NCBI GenBank assembly: GCA_037128175.1 | Contig: JBAXWY010000001.1 | Coordinates: 32,001-96,000 of the forward strand | Length of the DNA: 64,000 bases | Origin: Methanothrix sp. | Lineage (GTDB): Archaea > Halobacteriota > Methanosarcinia > Methanotrichales > Methanotrichaceae | Direction of reading: 5' to 3' | Shown: positions 50,643-60,323 of the stretch, piece by piece | Layout of the letters: every line of letters starts with the position of its first letter | Position numbering within the stretch: position 1 is the stretch's first letter | The notes under the pieces: generated by a model | What the model saw: only the letters and a program-made list of their open reading frames with translations | Database searches by the model: none | Told to the model about the DNA's origin: nothing | Made by a program: the position numbers and the translations under genes

Positions 50643-52406
50643 ATGCGCAAAGAGTTTCGTAGCCTCATCTCGCTGGAGGAAGCTCAATCAATCGTCCAGA
50701 GCCGCCTTCCCCGCACGGCAACGGAGGCAGTGCCGCTGCCCGAGGCCCGTGGCCGCATCCTGGCTGAGAAGGTCGTCTCCTCTCTGGATGTGCCGGGCTT
50801 CTCTCGCGCCTCCATGGATGGCTTCGCCGTGCAATCTGAGGACACTCTGGCGGCCAGAGAGGATCGGCCCGTCTGCCTCTGCCTGGCAGGCACTATTCCC
50901 ATGGGCGCACTCCCCCAGTTGCGCGTAGCGCGGGGCGAGGCTGCGGAGGTTTCCACCGGCTCCATGATGCCCCCCGGCGCAGACGCGGTGGTCATGATTG
51001 AATACAGCCAGGCAGAGGGAGATAGGGTTCTGATCAGAAGGCCCGTCTACGGTGGCGAGAACGTGCAGGCGGCGGGAAGCGATATCTCTTTTGGCGAGGC
51101 CGTGCTTTTTCCCGGATGCAGGCTGGCGGCGCGCGAGATGGGGGTTCTGGCGGCCCTGGGCCGAACGGAAGTGGCGGTGCGTAGCCTCTTGGTAGGCGTG
51201 GCATCTACCGGCAATGAGCTGATGCCGCCCGGACGCCCCTTAGCCGCGGGCCAAATTTACGATATCAATACCTACACCATCGCAGCGGCTGTTGCCGACA
51301 GCGGTGCTCTCGCTATCCCCTACGGCATCCTTCCCGATAATAAGGAATCGATGGCATCGATGCTGCTGAAGATGGCCGCAGAATGCGACATGATTCTGGT
51401 GAGCGGCAGCACCTCCGCCGGCGCTGGGGACATGATCTTTCAGGTGATCGAGGAAGAGGGCGAGCTGATATTTCACGGAGTGAACCTCAAGCCCGGCAAG
51501 CCCACCATCTTCGGCACAATCGATGACAAGCCCTGCCTGGGCCTGCCCGGCTATCCCACCAGTGCTCTGACCGTCTTCTCCTGCCTGGCAGCTCCCGCCA
51601 TTCGCGCCGCTCTGGGGCAAAAAAATCTGGGAAAAAGGGTGACAGGCCGGCTGGCCGGGCCGCTTCGCTTGGAAGGCCGCCGCCAGATGCTGGCCGTGGG
51701 CCTATCCGGCGAGCTGGTATATCCTGTGGACAAGGGCAGCGGCTCCATCACCACTCTGGCCGGGGCGGAGGGGGTCATAGACATCCCTTCAGGCGTCGAG
51801 TATCTGGAGAAGGGCGAGAAGGTAGAGGTGGAGCTATTTAGTGAGGCGGAAGCTGCCGATCTGGTGGTGGCGGGCGAAAACTGCATCCTCCTGGAGCAGC
51901 TGGCCGAAAGAGTGCCCTGCCGTCTGGTGCTCCTGAATACCGGCTCGCTCCAAGCCAGGCTCTACCTGGAGGACGGCGTGGCTGACCTGGCCTGCGTTTC
52001 GGGGGAAGCGGCATTGGAAGGCATGGCGTTGATCTGGGGGTTCAAAAGAGAGCTGGGCCTGGTCTTCCGGGATGCTGATGTTCTGTCGGACCTTTCTGAC
52101 CGGCGCATTGTGGGCTGGCACCGGGACTTTGCCATGCAGGCCGCATTTGAGCGACACCTTTTGGCCTTGGGCCTGACACAGCCCCGCTATGTGCGATTGG
52201 CCAGGACGCACTCGGCCGTGGCGGCAGCCGTCGCTTCCGGGCGAGCAGAGGTGGGCTTTGCGGAACGCCGGGCCGCAGCCCAGGCGGGCCTGGGCTTTCA
52301 GCCCCTGGAGCATGATGAGATTAGACTGCTGGCTAGGCCAGAGAATGTTGGTGATGCCCGGCTCAAGTCCCTTGTTTCTGCTCTTTCTCGGGAGGAAGGG
52401 GCTTAA
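50643..52406 (+). CDS. moeA: Molybdopterin molybdenumtransferase fused to a PBP (LysR-substrate-like) domain
   Basis: ASMDGFAV, STGNEL, KPGKPT and LPGYP motifs; C-terminal THSAVAAAVASG. Confidence 0.9.
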   Translation: MRKEFRSLISLEEAQSIVQSRLPRTATEAVPLPEARGRILAEKVVSSLDVPGFSRASMDGFAVQSEDTLAAREDRPVCLCLAGTIPMGALPQLRVARGEAAEVSTGSMMPPGADAVVMIEYSQAEGDRVLIRRPVYGGENVQAAGSDISFGEAVLFPGCRLAAREMGVLAALGRTEVAVRSLLVGVASTGNELMPPGRPLAAGQIYDINTYTIAAAVADSGALAIPYGILPDNKESMASMLLKMAAECDMILVSGSTSAGAGDMIFQVIEEEGELIFHGVNLKPGKPTIFGTIDDKPCLGLPGYPTSALTVFSCLAAPAIRAALGQKNLGKRVTGRLAGPLRLEGRRQMLAVGLSGELVYPVDKGSGSITTLAGAEGVIDIPSGVEYLEKGEKVEVELFSEAEAADLVVAGENCILLEQLAERVPCRLVLLNTGSLQARLYLEDGVADLACVSGEAALEGMALIWGFKRELGLVFRDADVLSDLSDRRIVGWHRDFAMQAAFERHLLALGLTQPRYVRLARTHSAVAAAVASGRAEVGFAERRAAAQAGLGFQPLEHDEIRLLARPENVGDARLKSLVSALSREEGA

Positions 52407-53385
52407 AAGTCCTCATCCTTCGCTCATAGTAGCTGAGGGGATGCCTAATCCTTTTGCATAGCTCGTCCTCGCCTGGACAGTTGCCGTAGGTGGCCATGGT
52501 GGCACAGGCCGGAGGCTTGTAGTGAGTGCCGGAGGCCCCTGCGATGTGCCCCACCTGGTATCTTGTCCTCTCCTCATCAAAGTCCGGGCTGGTGTTGAAG
52601 AGAGATACGACCTCGTCGGCTGTCATATTGATCTGCAAGAGGAAGCTGACCAGAGCAAAGCGCGCACTGTGGGCCAGGTTGGTGCCTTTGGCAACCTCGG
52701 ATAGCATCTTCTTGATGCAGGGTGGAAAGGCCCCCTCCTCCACATGCCCCAGGTCCACCTTGTCGCGGGCTCTTATAATATCGAGCTGTTCTTTGAGCGG
52801 CCCCAGGTATTCCTGGAGGGAGGCGCAAATCTTTTCGTCTACGGGCAAAGGCAGCCCTTTTAAGATCTTCTCCCGGGCAGCTTCTTCCATGATTCTTTTC
52901 AGCTCCTCTTCCGTAACTGTGAGGTAGCCCTGCTGAAGATCGCGGTTCGTCAGCTTCCATTTAGGGCTGTGCATGCTGTGCGCCGCCCGAATATACTCGG
53001 AAAAATGAATCTTGTAGGGGCCGGGTCCCTGGGGATGAAGCCCCAGGTCGTCTGCGATGGCCGCCAGCCCTTCCTTCTCATTTTGCATCCTTCGATAGGC
53101 CAGCTTTGCCTCGGCCAGAGCGTAGCGGCGCAGCAAAATGGCATCACCCAAGCAGGAGACCATGACTCTGGCCAGGGGATAAGAGAGAAGCTCAGCCAAT
53201 AGCTCAGCTTGCGTATTGGCTGAACTTTCGGAAATAGTGCCGCTCATAGACTCTGCTACCCTTTCTGCGGCCCGGCCCCGCACCGTCTTAAAAGAGGTTT
53301 TGCTAAGAAGGCTTTCTAGAGAGTAGCCGACCTTTCGCACCAGGCTAGCAGATTCTTCTGTAAAAGGGTAATCGGAGATCCTCAT
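52363..53385 (-). CDS. priL: DNA primase large subunit
   Basis: YPF, FPPCI, H.ARF, PDFDEE.TRYQV.HI and Fe-S Cys motifs. Confidence 0.95.
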   Translation of the reverse strand: MRISDYPFTEESASLVRKVGYSLESLLSKTSFKTVRGRAAERVAESMSGTISESSANTQAELLAELLSYPLARVMVSCLGDAILLRRYALAEAKLAYRRMQNEKEGLAAIADDLGLHPQGPGPYKIHFSEYIRAAHSMHSPKWKLTNRDLQQGYLTVTEEELKRIMEEAAREKILKGLPLPVDEKICASLQEYLGPLKEQLDIIRARDKVDLGHVEEGAFPPCIKKMLSEVAKGTNLAHSARFALVSFLLQINMTADEVVSLFNTSPDFDEERTRYQVGHIAGASGTHYKPPACATMATYGNCPGEDELCKRIRHPLSYYERRMRTFKPLPPEKEQKQGT

Positions 53386-54116
53386 TCCTGTTCGATTCGG
53401 GGAGCTAGTAGGTAATTGATCTCCACATGCTGGCCGAGCTTGAGGTGAATACGCAGCGGGTAATCTATGCCCATCTCCAGTGTGACCTCGCCCGCCTTGC
53501 TGATGGATTTGGACATGTCTTCCAGATAGTCCAGAGAGAAGAGGCTCCTGGCCTCGCCGGGCTTCATGCCCAAAAGCTCAGTGCTGGGAATCTTTAGCTT
53601 GAGCGAATCGATGTCTCCTTTGGCTTCCATGTAAAAGCCCTCATCAGAGACGCCCAGTATTACATGATCGCTTACCTTTTCGGCGGCTTTTACCGCCCGG
53701 CGTAGCTCCACACCCGGTAGTGTTACGTGGGCCGGCAGATCCAGTTCGGGTATGCGCGGCTCTTTCCTGATGGCAGTAGGATCGATCAGGCTTAAGGTGT
53801 AGGAGAGGGACCCCACTCCAATCTTCAGCTTGTGGCTCTCTTCTTCCAGCTCCAGTTGCACATTTTCGCCCTTATCTGCCATGCTCAATACATCACTGAG
53901 CCGAACCAAGTCTATGCCGATTTCACAAGTATCGGCTTTGAAGTATTCGAAGGCCTCATTGCCGATCTTGAGCGAGACCATAGCCACGTTCGCAGGGTCT
54001 ACAGCCTTCAGTTCCAGGCCATTTTCCGATATGGAGAACTTGACTTCATCCACCAGAGAAGAGACTGAATCGATTGCATCGCGCAGAGTTTCTGCGTTGA
54101 TTACTGCCTTGAACAT
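53382..54116 (-). CDS. pcn: DNA polymerase sliding clamp
   Basis: AVDPANVAMV, SLFSLDYL and YLLAPRIE motifs. Confidence 0.96.
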   Translation of the reverse strand: MFKAVINAETLRDAIDSVSSLVDEVKFSISENGLELKAVDPANVAMVSLKIGNEAFEYFKADTCEIGIDLVRLSDVLSMADKGENVQLELEEESHKLKIGVGSLSYTLSLIDPTAIRKEPRIPELDLPAHVTLPGVELRRAVKAAEKVSDHVILGVSDEGFYMEAKGDIDSLKLKIPSTELLGMKPGEARSLFSLDYLEDMSKSISKAGEVTLEMGIDYPLRIHLKLGQHVEINYLLAPRIEQE

Positions 54117-54166
54117 TCCTTGAGCCTCCTCCATCAGAACCGTTTAATATTTAATATAGTTGATGC

Positions 54167-54475
54167 TTAGTCATACTCTCGCCAGGTTCTGCTGCATTTG
54201 GTGCAGCGGAAGAAGCGAACCTCGCTCTCATCAGCAGAACGAAGTTGGCGAAGCCACCAGTATGCGATATTGTTGCCGCACTCCGGACACCTGGAATTGG
54301 TCGTAGGCAGGCCCGACGACTCCTGCTCTAAGACCGGCACTACGCGATCCAGCTGTTTGGTCTTGCTGACCATGGATTCGCCTGCGGTCTTCGGTATCAT
54401 GTGGCCGCACTTTCTGCAGACCATCATGCCGTCCTTGGGCATCATCATGCTCTTACATTGGGGACAAAAATCCAT
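54167..54475 (-). CDS. tfs: Transcription factor S
   Basis: FCPQC..C..CG; CPECG..QLRSADE..FFRCTKC..WRE. Confidence 0.94.
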   Translation of the reverse strand: MDFCPQCKSMMMPKDGMMVCRKCGHMIPKTAGESMVSKTKQLDRVVPVLEQESSGLPTTNSRCPECGNNIAYWWLRQLRSADESEVRFFRCTKCSRTWREYD

Positions 54476-54543
54476 CGGCATAAAGTAAACCACTAGTCAT
54501 ATTAAAGTTTCCCAGCACCATTTGGTGATAATGAGGCACGATT

Positions 54544-55209
54544 ATGAGCACAGCGATTAATGTGATATGTTTGGATCGCCCGGGAATGCTGCGCGACATC
54601 GCCGGCGCGGTAGCCAAAAGGGGCGGCAACATCGTCTACACCCAACAGTTTGTTGTGGAAAGAGGCATGAATCGGGAAAAAGCCTCGGTTTACATGGAGA
54701 TAGACTGCCCGGAAGATGATGTTTTGGGGGTTGTAGAAGAATTGACATCCTTTGATTCCATCTTCGATGTCTCCATCCACGAGCCTTTCGAGAAGATATA
54801 CGGCTCCCGGGTGATCATAATAGGCGGCGGCGCCCAGGTGGCTCAGGTCGCAGTAGGTGCTGTGAGCGAGGCAGACCGGCATAATCTACGAGGCGAGCGC
54901 ATCAGTGTGGATACCATCCCCCTGGTGGGAGAAGATGCGATTGCCGATGCCGTGAGCGCTGTCCGCCGACTGCCGCGCGCCTCTATCCTGGTATTGGCCG
55001 GAGCCCTCATGGGCGGACGCATCACGAAAGAGGTGAAAAGGCTACAGGCGGAAGGGATACCGGTTATTGCCCTGAAGATGGCCGGCTCGGTTCCTCTGCA
55101 GGCGGATCTGGTAGTAACTGATCCCATTCAAGCAGGCACCTTCGCAGTAATGCATGTAGCCAGCACCGCAGTCTTCGATATAAGTCGCGTGCGGGGCCGG
55201 GAGTTTTAG
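54544..55209 (+). CDS. ACT-domain protein (DUF5612 family)
   Basis: DRPGML ACT domain; IIIGGGAQVAQVA.GA..EADRHN.RGERISVDT motif. Confidence 0.88.
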   Translation: MSTAINVICLDRPGMLRDIAGAVAKRGGNIVYTQQFVVERGMNREKASVYMEIDCPEDDVLGVVEELTSFDSIFDVSIHEPFEKIYGSRVIIIGGGAQVAQVAVGAVSEADRHNLRGERISVDTIPLVGEDAIADAVSAVRRLPRASILVLAGALMGGRITKEVKRLQAEGIPVIALKMAGSVPLQADLVVTDPIQAGTFAVMHVASTAVFDISRVRGREF

Positions 55210-55454
55210 CTCTTGAGGATCTCGGCCAGATCCACAAGCTTCTCGCCGGAGAAAAGCTCCTCTACCGTGTAGAACTTATCATCCACCTCAAGCACGGGCG
55301 CAGAAAGGGCGAATACCCCGTTTATGCGTAGCTCCGTGAGGGCTTCGGGGGTGCTCATATCCTGATTCTCAAAAGAGATGCCGGCCTTTCTCAGCGCCGC
55401 TTTGAGCTGTTCGCATTTGGGGCAGGACTGTGTGGAATATACTATGTACTTCAA
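55206..55454 (-). CDS. Glutaredoxin/NrdH-like redoxin
   Basis: YSTQSCPKC and SAPVL motifs. Confidence 0.85.
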   Translation of the reverse strand: MKYIVYSTQSCPKCEQLKAALRKAGISFENQDMSTPEALTELRINGVFALSAPVLEVDDKFYTVEELFSGEKLVDLAEILKS

Positions 55455-55472
55455 AGGGATACCTCTTGGTTT

Positions 55473-55808
55473 TTAGCGCAGTGCTCGCGGGTAAGATTTC
55501 GTGGCATAGGTCGCATAACCGTTCTCTACTGCCTTCTCTGCACACTCTGAACAGCAAGAGAAGTTGGCCATGTACTCTGTGCCTTCCATCTCATGCTCAA
55601 AGACCTGGTTGCAGGTAAATCCCGAGGTTCGCCTGAAATCAAAGCCCTTGCAAAATTCGTCATACTCCGCCAGAGGGGGGCGCTCCACTACGACCCAGTC
55701 CCGGGGAAGAAGTACGGGCAGAGTGGCCAGGTTCATGCCGCACCCACATGGGCCATAAACATCTTCTAAATCTTTGTAGATAATAGCCTTACATACCAGC
55801 TCGCTCAT
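55473..55808 (-). CDS. Cys-rich hypothetical protein
   Basis: GAGGAG SD before ATG 55808; PCGCG and SCCSEC motifs. Confidence 0.65.
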   Translation of the reverse strand: MSELVCKAIIYKDLEDVYGPCGCGMNLATLPVLLPRDWVVVERPPLAEYDEFCKGFDFRRTSGFTCNQVFEHEMEGTEYMANFSCCSECAEKAVENGYATYATKSYPRALR

Positions 55809-56053
55809 CGTTTGCTCCTCTCTTGCTAATGTTATTCGCGGCAACCTAAATAACATTTCCCATCCGCTTTTTGAATTTTTCCCCTCTTCTGGCTTTATTT
55901 TTCAAATAAACCCTAATAATGAAAACCTTTGCCCAACAAAAATTATATATGGAATTGCAGGTGAATAGACTGCTTATTCTGGCTTGTAGCTCTCGAAGAT
56001 TTAAATTTTGTCTTTTCTGGCTGCAAAATCCGGATTTATGAGGTGTATGACAA

Positions 56054-56284
56054 ATGCCGATACTTCCTGTTGCCCCGGTGAGCAGACTCATCCGCGAGGC
56101 GGGAGCTAAGAGAGTGAGCGAAGGCGCGAGGGACGCGCTGGCAGAGGTTTTAGAAGGATATGGCTTGGAGGTGGCCCGGGAAGCGGTCGGCTGGGCCAAT
56201 CATGCCAAGAGAAAGACGGTCAAGTCCGAGGATATCAGAGAGGCAGTCAAAAGAGTTAAACCCCCCCTGGTCTCAGAAAGGTAG
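56054..56284 (+). CDS. Archaeal histone (HMf family)
   Basis: LPVAPV.RLIR.AGA.RVS..A...HAKRKTVK.EDI. Confidence 0.93.
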   Translation: MPILPVAPVSRLIREAGAKRVSEGARDALAEVLEGYGLEVAREAVGWANHAKRKTVKSEDIREAVKRVKPPLVSER

Positions 56285-56288
56285 ATCG

Positions 56289-58175
56289 ATGGCATTAGAT
56301 TACCATGCTCTAGGCCTGATATGCGGCATTGAGATTCACCAGCAGCTTGACACGGCTTGTAAGCTCTTCTGCGGCTGCCCCACCAAACACCGGGAGGTAG
56401 AGGAGTCCAATTTCGAGTTCTTCCGGTATCTTCGACCTTCCCGAAGCGAGCTTGGCGAGATCGATCGCGCCGCTCTAGAAGAGGTATTGGTTACGCGAAG
56501 GTTCCATTACAAGTCCTATGACAGCACCTGTCTGGTAGAAGCGGATGAGGAGCCGCCCCGGGAGATTAATGCCGAGGCTCTTGAGATATCTCTGGTCATT
56601 GCCCGGCTGCTCAACATGAAAATCGTAGATGAGCTGGAGACCATGCGTAAAATGGTGATAGACGGCTCCAATACCTCCGGTTTCCAGCGCACCGGCTACG
56701 TCGGCTCGGACGGCAGCATCGAGACCTCCTGCGGAACTGTGGGCATAAGCATCCTCAGCCTGGAGGAGGAGGCGGCGCGCATCATCGAGGACCGGGGAGA
56801 CAGCGTAGTCTACTCATTAGATCGGTTGGGAATACCGCTGGTGGAGATCGGCACGGCTCCGGATATCGTCTCTCCGGCGCACGCCCGTGAGGTTGCCTCT
56901 TATCTGGGAATGATCCTGCGCTCTACCGGTCGCGTGAAAAGGGGTCTAGGCACCATTCGCCAGGATGTCAATGTCTCCATCAAAGGCGGAGCGCGAGTGG
57001 AAGTTAAAGGTGTTCAGGCTCTCAACCTGGTCGATAAGGTGGTGGAGTTTGAGGCACTACGCCAGGTGCGGCTACTGGAGATAAAAGAGGAGTTGGTCTG
57101 TCGCAGCTCTTCGGTTGATGCCACGGTTTGGGATGTCTCAGATATCTTCGCGAATACCGGCTCCAAGGTGCTGGCCCGCTCCATCAAGAACGGCGGAGTG
57201 GTCCTGGCCTGCCGGCTGGCGGGCTTTGCCGGGCTGGTGGGCCGGGAGATTCAGCCTGACCGTCGGCTGGGCTCCGAGATGTCGGACCGAGCCAAACGGG
57301 CAGGCGTAGGCGGCATATTTCATAGCGATGAGCTTCCCGCGTATGGCATAACACCCGCTGAGGTCGAGTCCGTGCGCGGCCTTCTGGCGACAGGCGAGAG
57401 CGATGCCGTGATCATGGTCACCGGGCCGCGGGACAGAGCGGAAAAGGCGCTACAAGCTGTGCTGGTTCGAGCCCGTGAGGCGCTGGCCTTCGTGCCGGAG
57501 GAGACGCGCCGGGCTCTGCCCAACGGCTGCTCGGAGTACATGCGGCCTCTGCCCGGTTCCGCCCGCATGTACCCGGAGACGGATGTGCCGGCTGTGGTGA
57601 TCACGGATGAGATGCTTCGTCAGCTGCAACTGCCTGAGCTCTCTAGAGAGCGCGCCCAACGTTTCGAGCGCGAACATGGCTTGAATGCCGAACAGGCCAA
57701 AGTTATGGCCGCTTCCCCCAGCTATCCGCTCTTTGAAGAGATTGTGCAAAATTATCCGGTTTCTCCTTCCATTGTGGTCCGGACCCTGGAGACAATTCCC
57801 ATCGAACTGGCCCGTGCGGCTGTGCCCGTCTCCAATCTGATCGACCGGCATTATGTGGAGAGCTTTGCCATCATGGCCCAGGGACGCGTGGCCAAAGAGG
57901 GCCTGACGGATCTGCTGCGCGCCCTGGCCGAGCATCCGGAAATGACGGCTGATGAAGCGGCGGCTGCGGCCGGCCTGGCGGGCGTGGGTGAGGCGGAAGT
58001 GGAGAACGCCGTGCGGATAATTGTGGCGAGTAAGGCCGATCTGGTGCGCTCCAAGGGAGAGAGGGCCGCAGCACCACTTATGGGCCTGGTGATGAAAGAA
58101 TTGAGGGGTAAAGCCGATGGCGGCATGGTGAGCGCCATATTGAAGAAGGAAATACAAAATATACTCAATGAGTGA
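56289..58175 (+). CDS. gatE: Glu-tRNA(Gln) amidotransferase subunit E
   Basis: GIEIHQQL, MRK.VIDGSNTSGFQRT and PGSARMYPETD motifs. Confidence 0.96.
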   Translation: MALDYHALGLICGIEIHQQLDTACKLFCGCPTKHREVEESNFEFFRYLRPSRSELGEIDRAALEEVLVTRRFHYKSYDSTCLVEADEEPPREINAEALEISLVIARLLNMKIVDELETMRKMVIDGSNTSGFQRTGYVGSDGSIETSCGTVGISILSLEEEAARIIEDRGDSVVYSLDRLGIPLVEIGTAPDIVSPAHAREVASYLGMILRSTGRVKRGLGTIRQDVNVSIKGGARVEVKGVQALNLVDKVVEFEALRQVRLLEIKEELVCRSSSVDATVWDVSDIFANTGSKVLARSIKNGGVVLACRLAGFAGLVGREIQPDRRLGSEMSDRAKRAGVGGIFHSDELPAYGITPAEVESVRGLLATGESDAVIMVTGPRDRAEKALQAVLVRAREALAFVPEETRRALPNGCSEYMRPLPGSARMYPETDVPAVVITDEMLRQLQLPELSRERAQRFEREHGLNAEQAKVMAASPSYPLFEEIVQNYPVSPSIVVRTLETIPIELARAAVPVSNLIDRHYVESFAIMAQGRVAKEGLTDLLRALAEHPEMTADEAAAAAGLAGVGEAEVENAVRIIVASKADLVRSKGERAAAPLMGLVMKELRGKADGGMVSAILKKEIQNILNE

Positions 58176-59296
58176 ACCCAGAAAAACCGGATATGCTCCT
58201 CTGGGAGGAGACGCTTTTCAAGGACAGGGATCTGTTGGAGTTAGATCACCTGCCCGAGCACTTCCTGCACCGGGAAGATCAGATGAACAGCCTCAAATTC
58301 TGCATACGTCCGGCAATGCAAGGTGCCCGTCCCGTCAATGCCCTCTGCCTCGGCCCACCCGGCACGGGCAAGACCACGGCTCTTTTCAAGCTCTTCGAGG
58401 AAATTGAGGCCCATTCGACAAAGGTCATTCCCGTGCATGTCAACTGCCAGATGGACTCCACCAAATATTCCGTTTTTTATCAGATCTACAAAAAGGTCTT
58501 CGATCATGCTCCACCCTCCAGCGGCATATCCTTCAAACGCATCTTCGAGAAGGTAGCTCAGGCAGCAGCCGACCAGGATAAGGTGCTGATGGTGGCTTTA
58601 GACGATATAAATTATCTATTCCACGAAAAAGAGGTGGATCACGTCTTGTACTCCCTCTTGCGAGCCCATGAGACCTGTCCCGGTGCCCGGATGGGTGTGA
58701 TCGGTGTTATGAGTGAATTGGCCTTGAATTATGTTCTCGACCCACGCGTGGTCTCCGTCTTTCAGCCGGAAGAAATCATCTTTCCTCTCTATGCCCGATC
58801 AGAGATACGCGACATCTTAAGCCGCCGGGTGCAGATGGGTTTTTATCCCAGCGTGATGGCCGATGATGTCCTGGAAGCGGTTGTGGACTGCACAGAGAGG
58901 TCCGGGGACCTGCGAGTGGGAATTGACCTTCTCAAGAGGTCCGGCCTATCTGCGGAAAAGCGTGCCTCCAAAAGCGTCTCGCTTGTTGATGTGGCAGGCT
59001 CTTGCGATCGTTCCCGCCTGGTTCACCTCACCTATGCCTTGAAAACCCTGAAAGACGATGAACTGGTTGTGCTGCGTCTGGCAGCGGAGCAAAAAAGCTG
59101 GCGCGCGGGCGAACTATTTGCTCGCTTTCATGAGCAGACGGATGCGGGATACACTCGTTTTCATGAGATTCTCAATAAGCTCGATTCTATCCGGCTGATA
59201 AATGCTGATTTTACCGGGACGGGGGAACGGGGCCGAAGCCGCGTCATCAGCGTGCGGTATGAGCCAGAAGAGATCTTGAGCCGGCTGGATCCTTGA
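58172..59296 (+). CDS. cdc6: ORC1/Cdc6 replication initiator
   Basis: GPPGTGKTT Walker A, VALDD, GDLR.GID and a C-terminal winged helix. Confidence 0.93.
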   Translation: MNPEKPDMLLWEETLFKDRDLLELDHLPEHFLHREDQMNSLKFCIRPAMQGARPVNALCLGPPGTGKTTALFKLFEEIEAHSTKVIPVHVNCQMDSTKYSVFYQIYKKVFDHAPPSSGISFKRIFEKVAQAAADQDKVLMVALDDINYLFHEKEVDHVLYSLLRAHETCPGARMGVIGVMSELALNYVLDPRVVSVFQPEEIIFPLYARSEIRDILSRRVQMGFYPSVMADDVLEAVVDCTERSGDLRVGIDLLKRSGLSAEKRASKSVSLVDVAGSCDRSRLVHLTYALKTLKDDELVVLRLAAEQKSWRAGELFARFHEQTDAGYTRFHEILNKLDSIRLINADFTGTGERGRSRVISVRYEPEEILSRLDP

Positions 59297-59414
59297 ATGT
59301 CCTGGTTTATGATTATTTGCAAAAGCTAGCTATATAAAAACTTTATTTTGTACCACAACTATATAGATCATATAGGCAAGGGCTTTAACCCGTTAATGCG
59401 TTCCATCATGGCGT

Positions 59415-60323
59415 ATGGATCGGCCCAGGATAAAGATGCCTCGCAAATACGGGGAGATGTTCGTAGAGGCTTTGCTATTCATTTCTGCCATCGCCTCCAT
59501 CCTCATTATCCTTCTCATCTTCTACTTCCTCATTAATGAAAGCCTCCCTGCTTTTTCACAACTTGGCATATTCTCCCTGTTGTCCGGATCGAAATGGCAT
59601 CCAGCAGGAGATATTTACGGATTTCTGCCTCTTATTGCGGCATCAATGGTCATAACTCTCCTGGCCCTTTTTATCAATATCATCATCGGTTTTCCTCTGG
59701 CCATTTACCTGGCGGAGCTGGCCGGGCCTAAGAGCAAGGCCGTATTGAAGCCGGCCATTGAGCTATTGGCCGGTGTCCCTTCCATTGTCTACGGCTTTTT
59801 AGGAGTGATAATTCTCGTAACTTACCTGCAGGACAGCTTTGATATGCTCACCGGCAGGTCGATCCTGGCCGGATCGATCCTTCTGGGAGTAATGTTCATT
59901 CCTTACCTCACCACCATTTGTGAGGATGCTCTGCGAGCTGTGCCCAGCGAATTCAAGGAGGGCTCACTTGCGCTGGGGGCCAATCGCTGGCAGACGCTTC
60001 GAAATGTGACCATACCGGCGGCATCATCCGGAATTACGGCAGCCGTTCTCCTTAACATAGGAAGCATAATCGGGGAGACTATGGCCGTGCTCTTGGTAGT
60101 AGGAAACGTTGCCAGACTGGCCTCTCCCCCTTACGATATATTTGATCAGGGAGCAACCTTCACCTCGGTCATCGCCGGGGAGATGGGCGAGGTGGCCAGA
60201 GGCTCAATGCATTATCATGTTCTCTTTGCGGTTGGATTTGTTCTTCTTATCGTGGTCTCCATCCTCAGTTTGGTTGCAGATTATGCCCGTGCTCGCATCA
60301 GACGAAAATTCGGAGGATACTAA
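59415..60323 (+). CDS. pstC: Phosphate ABC transporter permease
   Basis: ELLAGVPSIVYG, EGSLALGA.RWQT and IGETMAV motifs. Confidence 0.93.
   Translation: MDRPRIKMPRKYGEMFVEALLFISAIASILIILLIFYFLINESLPAFSQLGIFSLLSGSKWHPAGDIYGFLPLIAASMVITLLALFINIIIGFPLAIYLAELAGPKSKAVLKPAIELLAGVPSIVYGFLGVIILVTYLQDSFDMLTGRSILAGSILLGVMFIPYLTTICEDALRAVPSEFKEGSLALGANRWQTLRNVTIPAASSGITAAVLLNIGSIIGETMAVLLVVGNVARLASPPYDIFDQGATFTSVIAGEMGEVARGSMHYHVLFAVGFVLLIVVSILSLVADYARARIRRKFGGY

Noticed and set aside
52363-52406. 44-bp convergent overlap of moeA and priL
   Set aside because: Short 3' overlaps are common in compact archaeal genomes.
59297-59414. Replication origin next to cdc6
   Set aside because: No ORB-like TCCA.TGGAA/G-string repeats seen; cdc6 is coupled to gatE and the downstream gap is short.
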